Assembly: GCA_947085185.1 (NCBI GenBank)
Contig: CAMTVK010000024.1
Location: forward strand, 1 to 11,098
Reading direction: 5' to 3'
Source of the DNA: Candidatus Fraserbacteria bacterium
GTDB lineage: Bacteria > Bipolaricaulota > Bipolaricaulia > RBG-16-55-9 > DRXL01
Length of the DNA stretch: 11,098 nucleotides
Under the pieces are notes generated by a model, which was not told where the DNA came from, ran no database searches, and saw nothing but the letters and a program-made list of their open reading frames with translations. The translations under genes were made by a program, and so were the position numbers. The first letter of the stretch is position 1; every line of letters begins with the position of its first letter. Of this stretch, positions 1 to 7,549 are shown piece by piece.

Positions 1-18
1 ACGACGCTCTTCCGATCT
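1..18 (+). other. Illumina TruSeq adapter / Read 1 primer remnant (technical artefact, not genomic)
   Basis: Bases 1-18 read ACGACGCTCTTCCGATCT, identical to the 3' end of the Illumina Read 1 primer ACACTCTTTCCCTACACGACGCTCTTCCGATCT, at the extreme edge of the window. Confidence 0.96.
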
Positions 19-74
19 TAAGATTGTTTCTGTTCGTCCTCGTTTTTTGCTGTCATGAAGGAGGCACTAGTGGC

Positions 75-2771
75 ATGGAGCTGCCGAAAGCCTACGACCC
101 CAAGGAAGCCGAAGAGCGATGGTACGCATTCTGGGAATCGCGTCATTATTTTGATGGCAACGTCAATGAACGCAAAAAACCCTTTGCTATAGTCATTCCC
201 CCGCCGAACGTCACGGGGGAGCTCCACATCGGCCATGCCCTCAATAACACCCTGCAAGATATCGTCATTCGCTACAAGCGCATGGACGGATATGAAGCGT
301 GCTGGTTCCCCGGCACCGATCATGCGAGCATCGCGGTGCACGTGCTGATCGAGCGCGGGCTGGCCAAGCGCGAACTTGATGATCTCTTACGACAGATCGG
401 GTATCCCGTCCCTCAGGAGAAGCGCCCACTCACGCGCTATGACCTTGGGCGAGAGTATTTTATCAAGTTGGGGTGGGCATGGAAGGAGCGCTATGGCTCA
501 CGGATCCGTGAACAGCTGCGCGCCTTGGGGTGCTCCTGTGATTGGCGCCGCGAAAGTTTTACGCTGGACGAGGCGCGCTCCCGAGCGGTCACTGAAGTCT
601 TCGTGCGGCTCTATGAAGAGGGCTTCATCTATCGTGGGGATAGACTGATTAATTGGTGTCCGCGCTGCCAGACGGTCCTCTCCGACTTAGAAGTCGAGCA
701 CGAAGAGACCGAAGGGCAGCTCTATTATATTCGCTATCCCCTGGAGGGAGGAGACGGCTTCGTCACCGTCGCGACGACGCGCCCAGAGACGATGCTCGGC
801 GACACCGGGGTCGCTGTGCATCCTGAAGATGAGCGCTACCAAGAGCTGATTGGGAAGTTCGTGATCTTGCCCTTGTTGGGGCGCAAGATCCCCATTATCG
901 CTGACAAAGCCGTTGACAAAGAGTTTGGCACCGGTGCGGTGAAGGTCACGCCGGCTCATGACCCAATAGATTTTGAGATCGGGCGGCGCCATGGGCTCAA
1001 AATTATTAATATCTTCAAGGCCGACGCGACCACCAACGAGCACGCCGGGCCGTATAGAGACTTAGAGCGCTACCAAGCCCGTCGGCGCGTCATAGAAGAT
1101 CTTAAAGCCCAAGGGCTCTTGGAACGCGTCGAACCTCACAGACACGCCCTCGGGCACTGCCAGCGCTGTCATACGGTGATCGAGCCGTTGATCTCGACCC
1201 AATGGTTCGTGCGCATGAAGGAGCTTGCGGAGCCAGCGATCAAAGTAATCGAGTCTGGGGAGATTCAATTTATTCCCGAGCGATGGACCAAGATCTATTT
1301 TGATTGGATGCGCAATATAAGAGATTGGCCCATCTCCAGACAACTGTGGTGGGGGCATCGCATCCCGGCGTGGCACTGCGCTGACTGTAAGGGGATCACC
1401 GTGGCTCGCCAGGCACCGCCCTCGTGCTCCAAGTGCGGCTCTAAAAATATCGCTCAAGACGAAGACGTCCTTGACACATGGTTTAGTTCGGCGCTGTGGC
1501 CCTTCTCTGTGATGGGCTGGCCCAACCAAACCCCTGAACTGAAATATTTCTATCCGACGCAGCTGCTGAGCACCGGGCACGATATCATCTTCTTCTGGGT
1601 CGCGCGGATGATCATGATGGGGCTGCACTTTATGAAGAGCATCCCGTTTGAGCGGGTCTTCTTCCATCCCATCGTTAAAGATGAGCGCGGCCAGAAGATG
1701 AGCAAATCCAAGGGGAACGTCATTGATCCCTTGGAGATGAAAGAGAAGTACGGGATGGACGCGCTGCGGCTGACGCTCGCAGCGCTCTGTGCTCAAGGGA
1801 AGGAGATGCGCCTCTCCGTCCAAGATATTGAGGGGTACAAGAAATTCTTAAACAAGCTTTGGAACGCCGCGCGGTTCTCCTTGATGAGCTTGCAGGGCTC
1901 CCAGCTCACAGACTTCAGCTGTGAGAAAACAAGCTTAGGGCTTGAAGATCGCTGGATTCTCTCACGCTTAAGCCGCACTATTGCGCAAACGCGCGAGAGC
2001 CTAGAGCGCTACGAGTTCAACCACGCTGCCAAGGGCTTGTATGAATTTGTCTGGCACGATTTTTGTGATTGGTATCTCGAGATGATCAAGCCGCGCCTCT
2101 ACGGGACAGATGTCGCCACAAAAACCCCAGCCCAGCAGGTGCTGTTCGTCCTGCTCACAGATATACTGAAACTCTTACATCCGTTCATCCCGTTTATTAC
2201 CGAAGAGATCTGGCAACGATTGCCCCACAAGACGGCCGAGAGCGTGATGATCGCCGAGTATCCCAAGGTGCGCCCAGAATGGCTGGACGAGCACGCCGAG
2301 CAGACCATGCACAGACTGCAAACTCTCATCACAGCGATCCGCACGATTCGCTCGGAGATGAACGTGCCGCCCCAAAAGAGAGCGAAGGTCTTCATCAAAG
2401 CGGAGGCCTCAGACGTTCAGCAGATCGTGCACGATTATAAGATCTTCTTTGAGGAGCTGGCTCAAGCCGGTGAAATCTCTATTGGGCCGAGCATCGAACG
2501 GCCCAAGAATGCGCCGCGGATGGTCTTGGAGTGGGCAGAGGTCTTCATTCCCTTGGAAGGGTTGCTCGATCTCCACCAGGAATACAAGCGCTTGCAGCAG
2601 GAACTCAAGAAAGCGCGCGCAGGGCTTGAAGCAACACTGCGCAAGCTCGATAACCCTGACTTCCTCGCGCGCGCCCCAGAAGAGATCATCGAGAAGGAGA
2701 AGCGCAAGGCGCGCGAGTTCAAAGAGAAAGTCGAGCGGCTCGAGCAGAATCTCCAGCTCCTCCAAGGCTAG
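75..2771 (+). CDS. valS: Valine--tRNA ligase (class Ia), 898 aa from ATG 75
   Basis: PPPNVTGELHIGH (HIGH motif), KMSKS, editing-domain ATTRPETMLGD and GTGAVKVTPAHD, SRQLWWGHRIP, DVLDTWFSS, CxxC zinc knuckles, and a C-terminal coiled coil (KLDNPDFLARAPEEIIEKE). Start moved from the ORF track's 24 to ATG 75 because AAGGAGG (58-64) precedes it and MELPKAYDPKEAEERWY is a typical ValRS N-terminus. Confidence 0.98.
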   Translation: MELPKAYDPKEAEERWYAFWESRHYFDGNVNERKKPFAIVIPPPNVTGELHIGHALNNTLQDIVIRYKRMDGYEACWFPGTDHASIAVHVLIERGLAKRELDDLLRQIGYPVPQEKRPLTRYDLGREYFIKLGWAWKERYGSRIREQLRALGCSCDWRRESFTLDEARSRAVTEVFVRLYEEGFIYRGDRLINWCPRCQTVLSDLEVEHEETEGQLYYIRYPLEGGDGFVTVATTRPETMLGDTGVAVHPEDERYQELIGKFVILPLLGRKIPIIADKAVDKEFGTGAVKVTPAHDPIDFEIGRRHGLKIINIFKADATTNEHAGPYRDLERYQARRRVIEDLKAQGLLERVEPHRHALGHCQRCHTVIEPLISTQWFVRMKELAEPAIKVIESGEIQFIPERWTKIYFDWMRNIRDWPISRQLWWGHRIPAWHCADCKGITVARQAPPSCSKCGSKNIAQDEDVLDTWFSSALWPFSVMGWPNQTPELKYFYPTQLLSTGHDIIFFWVARMIMMGLHFMKSIPFERVFFHPIVKDERGQKMSKSKGNVIDPLEMKEKYGMDALRLTLAALCAQGKEMRLSVQDIEGYKKFLNKLWNAARFSLMSLQGSQLTDFSCEKTSLGLEDRWILSRLSRTIAQTRESLERYEFNHAAKGLYEFVWHDFCDWYLEMIKPRLYGTDVATKTPAQQVLFVLLTDILKLLHPFIPFITEEIWQRLPHKTAESVMIAEYPKVRPEWLDEHAEQTMHRLQTLITAIRTIRSEMNVPPQKRAKVFIKAEASDVQQIVHDYKIFFEELAQAGEISIGPSIERPKNAPRMVLEWAEVFIPLEGLLDLHQEYKRLQQELKKARAGLEATLRKLDNPDFLARAPEEIIEKEKRKAREFKEKVERLEQNLQLLQG

Positions 2772-2776
2772 CAACT

Positions 2777-4015
2777 GTGGACCAAGTTATCAGCTATCTG
2801 AAAGCGCTGCCGCATACGGAAGTGAAGCCCGGCCTGGCGCGCATTCGCGCCCTGCTTGAGGCTGTGGGCAACCCGCACGCACAGCTCCGCGCGGTGCACA
2901 TCGCCGGGACGAACGGGAAGGGGTCCGTAGCAGCCCTATGCGCCAGCGTCCTGCAGAGCGCAGGGTATCGCGTAGGGCTCTATACGTCACCCCATCTGAT
3001 CAGGTATTGCGAGCGCGTCCAGATCAACGGAGCTCCGATCACCGAGCATGAGTTCACGCAAATCGCTGACGCGCTCATGCCCATCGCCGACTCGATGGTC
3101 GACAAACCGACACAATTTGAGTTCTTGACGGCTCTGGCATTTCTGTACTTTGCGCGCCAGAAGACAGATATCGCCGTGATCGAAGTGGGGCTGGGCGGGC
3201 GGTTCGACGCGACGAACGTCATTACGCCCATAGTCAGCGTGCTTACCAACGTCGAGCTCGATCACACGGATCTTTTGGGGGATACGATAGAGCAGATTGC
3301 TTGGGAGGATGCGGGGATTGCCAAGCAGGGCGTGCCGTTGGTGACGGGGGAGCGCAAACCAAACGCCCTGGAGATCATAGCGCGGGAGTGTGCTGGTGTG
3401 GGGGCGCCCTTGATCTGTGCGCGCCCGCGCGTGCGAGCTCTTGAGTTCTCTTGGGAGTATCAAGAGCTTGAGATTGAGCCCCTCGGGAGAGTGCACCTTG
3501 GGCTGTTGGGCAGCTATCAGCAAGAGAACGTCACCGTGGCTCTTGAAGCTTTGGAGGTCTTGAAGCAGTCTATGACGATCTCTGACGGTGCTCTGAGGGG
3601 TGGGCTGGAGCAGGCGCGCTGGCCCGGACGCTTTGAAGTCGTGTGTAAGAAGCCTTATATTGTGCTCGATGGGGCGCACAACCCTCATGCGGCATCTGCG
3701 CTGCGTGAGGACGTGCGGCGCTATCGGGGAAAGTACACGATCAAGAAGAGCGTGTTGCTCTTTGGCGTGCTCGCTGACAAAGACTATCGCGCCATGGCCC
3801 AGATACTCTTTTCTGAATTTGACGAGATCTTCTTGGTGAAGCCGGACTCCCCGCGGGCGCTCGATCCCCACATACTCTTGCCATGGGCGCCCCAGGCGAA
3901 GATCTGCCCAGATATCACCATGGGGTTGAACGCAGCCCGCGCCACCGACGCAGACTTGATCTGCGTGACGGGATCGCTGTACGTCGTCGGAGCTGCAAAG
4001 AGACTCTTCATATGA
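2777..4015 (+). CDS. folC: Folylpolyglutamate synthase / dihydrofolate synthase
   Basis: HIAGTNGKGS P-loop, YTSPHL, EVGLGGRFDATN, DH..LG, WPGRFE, DGAHNP, DKD and GSLYVVG. GTG start 5 nt after the valS stop, in the common valS-folC order. Confidence 0.96.
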   Translation: MDQVISYLKALPHTEVKPGLARIRALLEAVGNPHAQLRAVHIAGTNGKGSVAALCASVLQSAGYRVGLYTSPHLIRYCERVQINGAPITEHEFTQIADALMPIADSMVDKPTQFEFLTALAFLYFARQKTDIAVIEVGLGGRFDATNVITPIVSVLTNVELDHTDLLGDTIEQIAWEDAGIAKQGVPLVTGERKPNALEIIARECAGVGAPLICARPRVRALEFSWEYQELEIEPLGRVHLGLLGSYQQENVTVALEALEVLKQSMTISDGALRGGLEQARWPGRFEVVCKKPYIVLDGAHNPHAASALREDVRRYRGKYTIKKSVLLFGVLADKDYRAMAQILFSEFDEIFLVKPDSPRALDPHILLPWAPQAKICPDITMGLNAARATDADLICVTGSLYVVGAAKRLFI

Positions 4016-4824
4016 AAGATCTTATTCCCCGCACGATCACAGCGATCATCGCGATCGCGATTGTTGTGACGACGTTACTGTTGGGCTGGGTATGGCGGAG
4101 CATCTGGCCGGTGGCGCTTTTGGGAGCGTTTGTCGTTGGGGTGGCGTCGTGGGAGTATGTGCAGCTTCTGGAGCGCAATGGCATCGTACTGCATCGAGCG
4201 TTCTTTGTGGGCTCGGCGGTGCTGGTGATACTTGCGTATGGGATGCCGGAGGCGGCGTTTGGCGACTTGGTCTTGTGGGCGGCGCTCGTCTTTCCCATCG
4301 CGCTCTATCTCTTTGATTCCGATGCCCTGCGCAAGATTTTAGCTACGATGGGCGGGATCATCTATATTCCGTATCTGTTGCACTTTTTCTACGCGCTCTA
4401 TCGGGCGGAGAACGGCGCTCTCTATGGGCTGTTAGCGTTGGCGTTGGTGTGGGGATATGATATTGGTGCGTATCTGGCGGGCTCGGCGTGGGGGAGGAGT
4501 CTCTTAGCCCCGACGATCAGTCCGCGCAAGAGCTGGGAGGGGGTTGCCGGGGGCTTTGTGCTGGCGCTGACGGTTGGAGCGCTCGCGCCTATTTGGAAGG
4601 ACTGGTGGGCCTCCTGGCCGCATATGATCGCGCTGGCGGGGATCACTAGTGCGCTCGCACAGTTAGGCGATCTTTTAGAGTCGCGCCTGAAGCGCTTCGC
4701 CCAAGTCAAAGACGCCGGGGGACTGATGCCCGGCCACGGCGGGCTCTTAGATCGCATAGACGGACTGCTCTTGGCCATCCCAGCAATCTATTTCTACTTG
4801 CGGTTTGTGCTCCAATGGGTCTGA
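4012..4824 (+). CDS. cdsA: Phosphatidate cytidylyltransferase (CDP-diacylglycerol synthase), 270 aa
   Basis: Polytopic hydrophobic protein with DIGAY..G..WG, APTISPRKSWEG and GDLLESRLKRFAQVKDAGGLMPGHGGLLDRID. Start set at ATG 4012, which overlaps the folC stop as ATGA; the ORF track's extension from 3883 lies inside folC. Confidence 0.95.
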   Translation: MKDLIPRTITAIIAIAIVVTTLLLGWVWRSIWPVALLGAFVVGVASWEYVQLLERNGIVLHRAFFVGSAVLVILAYGMPEAAFGDLVLWAALVFPIALYLFDSDALRKILATMGGIIYIPYLLHFFYALYRAENGALYGLLALALVWGYDIGAYLAGSAWGRSLLAPTISPRKSWEGVAGGFVLALTVGALAPIWKDWWASWPHMIALAGITSALAQLGDLLESRLKRFAQVKDAGGLMPGHGGLLDRIDGLLLAIPAIYFYLRFVLQWV

Positions 4825-5049
4825 AACGACTGAGTCTGAAGAGCAAGTTCATCGGGGCGTTTGTGTCGTTCACGGTGCTCTTTACCGTGATCTTTGGGGG
4901 GGATTGCCGCGTATCGCATGGCTTATGAATTGGACGAGCAATTTGTGGAGTGGGCCAAAGGGGTAGCCGAACACATCGCTGCGGAGCCCTCGGCGAAGCA
5001 CGTCGGGGGCTCTGCTCTTTTGTGCATCCGCGCGTACGATCGAGTATAA
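4815..5049 (+). pseudogene. Probable remnant of a membrane-anchored sensor (histidine kinase/MCP-like N-terminus), frameshifted at a G7 run and truncated
   Basis: ATG 4815 gives MGLKRLSLKSKFIGAFVSFTVLFTVIFGG, and this frame stops at TGA 4926-4928. Removing one G from GGGGGGG (4896-4902) continues it as IAAYRMAYELDEQFVEWAKGVAEHIAAE... to TAA 5047-5049. The basic N-tail, TM helix and amphipathic helix resemble sensor N-termini. Confidence 0.55.
4981..5023 (+). terminator. Intrinsic (Rho-independent) terminator for valS-folC-cdsA
   Basis: 15-bp stem GCGGAGCCCTCGGCG (4981-4995) / CGTCGGGGGCTCTGC (5001-5015) with loop AAGCA, followed by TCTTTTGT. Its three non-Watson-Crick positions are all G-U pairs on the + strand transcript. 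Confidence 0.75.
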
Positions 5050-5050
5050 T
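5020..5050 (+). promoter_or_regulatory. Putative sigma70 promoter for the ABC operon
   Basis: Perfect TATAAT at 5045-5050, just after the terminator. The -35 candidate is weak (TTGTGC 5020-5025, 19-nt spacer). Confidence 0.55.
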
Positions 5051-5058
5051 AAAGAATC

Positions 5059-5976
5059 ATGGCTGATCCGATCGTGCGCGTGGAGCATCTCTCAAAAGCG
5101 TTCGACGGCACTAAGGCTATAGACGGCATCAGCTTTACTGTCAACAAGGGCGAGATCTTCGGGCTGCTCGGCCCAAATGGCGCCGGCAAAACGACTCTGA
5201 TAAGAATGCTCCTGGGGATCTTTCAGCCCGACGCGGGGGAGATAAGATTTTCGTTCTCATCCGATGGGCGGCTGCTCCTGGAGCGCGTGGGGTATCTCCC
5301 TGAGGAGCGTGGGCTCTATGACAACCGCAAGGTCTCTGATACGCTCGTCTTCCTTGCGTCTCTCAAGGGCATGGATGCCCGACTCGCCCGCGAGCGGGCG
5401 CTGCTGTGGCTCCAGCGGCTTCAGCTCGAAAAATATTTTCACAGAAATATCCGCGAGCTCTCCAAGGGCATGCACCAGAAGGTTCAGTTCATTGCAGCGA
5501 TCTTGCACGAGCCTGACTTAGTTATCTTCGATGAGCCCTTCGCTGGGCTTGATCCCGTCAATCAAGATGTCTTTCGTGAGCTGATCTTGGAGCTGAAAGC
5601 GCGGGGCATGACTATTCTCTTGTCGGCACATCAGATGCACCTTGTGGAAGACTTGGTGGATCGCATCTTTCTTATCAACAAGGGGCGTCAGGTTCTGTAC
5701 GGAGAGCTGCGCGAGATCAAACGCACTTGGAAAGAGGACTGGGTGACGCTCGTCTTTCACGGCCATGAAGAAATCCTCAAAAACAGCCCGTTGGTGAAAT
5801 CGGCCCAGATTGAGAACGGCCGAGGGCAGCTCATCTTGAGGGAGGGCGTGCGCCCTGAGGAGTTTCTCTTGTCTATTGTGGGGAAGCTTCAGATCGAGGA
5901 GATTGCGATTCGCAAGCCCCCGTTGCATCATATCTTTGTTGAGCTGGTCACACGCGGGGAGGGCCCACACCCATGA
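5059..5976 (+). CDS. ABC-2 type transporter ATP-binding protein (YhaQ/COG4152-like)
   Basis: Walker A GPNGAGKTT, GYLPEERGLY (E-type Q-loop typical of this family), signature LSKGMHQK, Walker B/D-loop IFDEPFAGLDP, H-loop SAH, and a C-terminal extension ending PPLHHIFVELV. Confidence 0.93.
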   Translation: MADPIVRVEHLSKAFDGTKAIDGISFTVNKGEIFGLLGPNGAGKTTLIRMLLGIFQPDAGEIRFSFSSDGRLLLERVGYLPEERGLYDNRKVSDTLVFLASLKGMDARLARERALLWLQRLQLEKYFHRNIRELSKGMHQKVQFIAAILHEPDLVIFDEPFAGLDPVNQDVFRELILELKARGMTILLSAHQMHLVEDLVDRIFLINKGRQVLYGELREIKRTWKEDWVTLVFHGHEEILKNSPLVKSAQIENGRGQLILREGVRPEEFLLSIVGKLQIEEIAIRKPPLHHIFVELVTRGEGPHP

Positions 5977-7244
5977 GAGAGACGCTGACTGTGGCACGCT
6001 GGGAATTTTTGCAAAATCTCAAAAGTAAGGCGTTTCTCATCGCAACTTTTCTGACGCCGCTCTTCTTTCTGAGCTTGGTTGCTCTGGTGATTTGGATTGC
6101 ACGCGCTGCTGAGCGTGGCGAGACCGTGCAGCTGGCGATCATAGATCGGGCGGGGCTATACGCTGAGCTGAGCGAGCAGCTTCGGGGCTCAGGCTATCAG
6201 ATCGTGCTCTTCACCGGCCCAGAATCTGAGCTGCCCCTGCGGATGCAGCGTGGCGAGTTCGATGGGTATCTCGTCATTGAGTCGGATTTCTTTGAGAGTC
6301 GTCGGGTGCGCTACGTCCCCAAGCCCCGCCAAGCGTTTGGCATCTATATCCAAAGGCTGCGCTCTCAGGGGGTGCCGCAGGCGGTGCGCGAGGCACTCTC
6401 TCACGTGCTCATACGCCATGAACTCCAGCAGCGCGGGCTTCCGCCAGAGCAGGCGACTGAGCTGAGCCGTGGCGTCCAGATCACCGCAGAAGCTGCGCCT
6501 GAAGCTGCCACGGAGCAACTCCGAGCTGGGACCACCATCGGTATAGGGGTTGTGATCATCATGCTCTTGCTCTTTATCACTATGAATTCGATCACGTGGA
6601 TCATGTACGGGGTGATCTCGGATAAGCGCAATCGCGTCATCGAGCTTGTGCTCTCTTCGGTGCGAGCGCACCAACTGATGACGGGAAAAATTTTAGGGCT
6701 AGGAGGCTTGGCGCTCTTGCAGGCGTTTCTTTGGGCGCTTGTTGGGCTGACGATTATCTTTGTAGGCGGGCCGTATGTGGGGGTGCCCACGTCGGTGATC
6801 AGTCTTGCTCTGTTGCCCTTTCTTGCGTGGGAGAAGATTCTTTTATATCTGGCGTATTTTGTCCTAGGGTATCTCTTTTTAGCGTCGCTGACGGCGGCGG
6901 TGAGCGCTACGCTCAGCGATGATATACAGGGCGCAAGCTCTTTTGGGATGTCGTTGGTCTTTTTGCCCCCGATCTTGCCCGTGATGCTCTTTTCGCTCGT
7001 CTTGAGCAACCCCGATCATATCGCTTTGCGAATGATCAGTTTCTTTCCGCCGTCGACGCCAGGCATGATGATTTTACGGACTGCTGTCGGCGCTGTGCCG
7101 TGGTGGGAGATTCTCTTGTCTTTGATAGTGCTGGCGCTGGCGACGTATGGGATGATGCGTCTTGCGGGCAAGATCTTTCAAGTTGGGATTCTGATGTACG
7201 GCAAATCCCCAACGCTGAAAGAACTGTGGCGCTGGGTGCGATAA
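5973..7244 (+). CDS. ABC-2 type transporter permease (YhaP/NatB-like)
   Basis: N-terminal TM, large extracytoplasmic domain (IIDRAG, FDGYLVI), DKRNRVIELVLSSV...LMTGKILG motif, several C-terminal TMs and GKIFQVGILMYGK. ATGA overlap with the ATPase stop. Confidence 0.92.
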   Translation: MRETLTVARWEFLQNLKSKAFLIATFLTPLFFLSLVALVIWIARAAERGETVQLAIIDRAGLYAELSEQLRGSGYQIVLFTGPESELPLRMQRGEFDGYLVIESDFFESRRVRYVPKPRQAFGIYIQRLRSQGVPQAVREALSHVLIRHELQQRGLPPEQATELSRGVQITAEAAPEAATEQLRAGTTIGIGVVIIMLLLFITMNSITWIMYGVISDKRNRVIELVLSSVRAHQLMTGKILGLGGLALLQAFLWALVGLTIIFVGGPYVGVPTSVISLALLPFLAWEKILLYLAYFVLGYLFLASLTAAVSATLSDDIQGASSFGMSLVFLPPILPVMLFSLVLSNPDHIALRMISFFPPSTPGMMILRTAVGAVPWWEILLSLIVLALATYGMMRLAGKIFQVGILMYGKSPTLKELWRWVR

Positions 7245-7252
7245 ACAGGTTT

Positions 7253-7282
7253 TTGACAAGCTGATGCATGAACAGCTATAAT
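7253..7282 (+). promoter_or_regulatory. Consensus sigma70 promoter of the TA operon with candidate operator
   Basis: TTGACA (7253-7258), 18-nt spacer, TATAAT (7277-7282). An inverted repeat AGCTG-N9-CAGCT (7259-7277) fills the spacer. Confidence 0.85.
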
Positions 7283-7309
7283 CAACAAGCAACCGAGGGT
7301 CTTTAGTTT

Positions 7310-7549
7310 ATGGCAACGAAGAAGATGAACTATGAGAGGGCTATCTTGCAAGAGCTCAAGGGCTTTCCTTCTGAGAAGCTGCCATTGCTTCTTCGCTTGA
7401 TTCGTCTTTTGAAAGAAGAGGGCTTATCTGTATCCAAAGCCCCAGCCGATGCCCTACAGGATGTCGATAGCTTCGCCATCAAGACGGGCATTGCTGATCT
7501 CGCTCTCCATCACGATCGTTATCTCTACGACCTAGATCGTCATGGCTAG
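7310..7549 (+). CDS. Putative type II antitoxin (VapB-like partner), 79 aa
   Basis: Small ORF directly upstream of the PIN gene and overlapping it by 8 nt, with GAGGGT (7295-7300) as SD. The C-terminal GIADLALHHDRYLY resembles the DL...HDxYL tail of antitoxins paired with this PIN subfamily. Confidence 0.75.
   Translation: MATKKMNYERAILQELKGFPSEKLPLLLRLIRLLKEEGLSVSKAPADALQDVDSFAIKTGIADLALHHDRYLYDLDRHG

Noticed and set aside
19..74. Possible T-box leader or attenuator upstream of valS (T6 run at 43-48)
   Set aside because: No T-box consensus (AAGGTGGTACCGCG-like) or complete hairpin is visible, and the region is truncated by the adapter, so it cannot be supported.
24..74. 17-aa hydrophobic N-terminal extension of ValS in the ORF track
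   Set aside because: It starts at a TTG with no SD; the strong SD at 58-64 points to ATG 75.
1062..3871. Long antisense ORFs (1062-1823, 253 aa; 2987-3871, 294 aa) and other overlapping ORFs
   Set aside because: They lie entirely opposite valS or folC, have no recognisable motifs, and are expected shadows of GC-rich codon usage.
4048..4061. 14-bp palindrome ATCGCGATCGCGAT containing the HIP1 octamer GCGATCGC
   Set aside because: Explained by Ile-Ala-Ile-Ala-Ile codons in cdsA; I noticed no HIP1 enrichment elsewhere.
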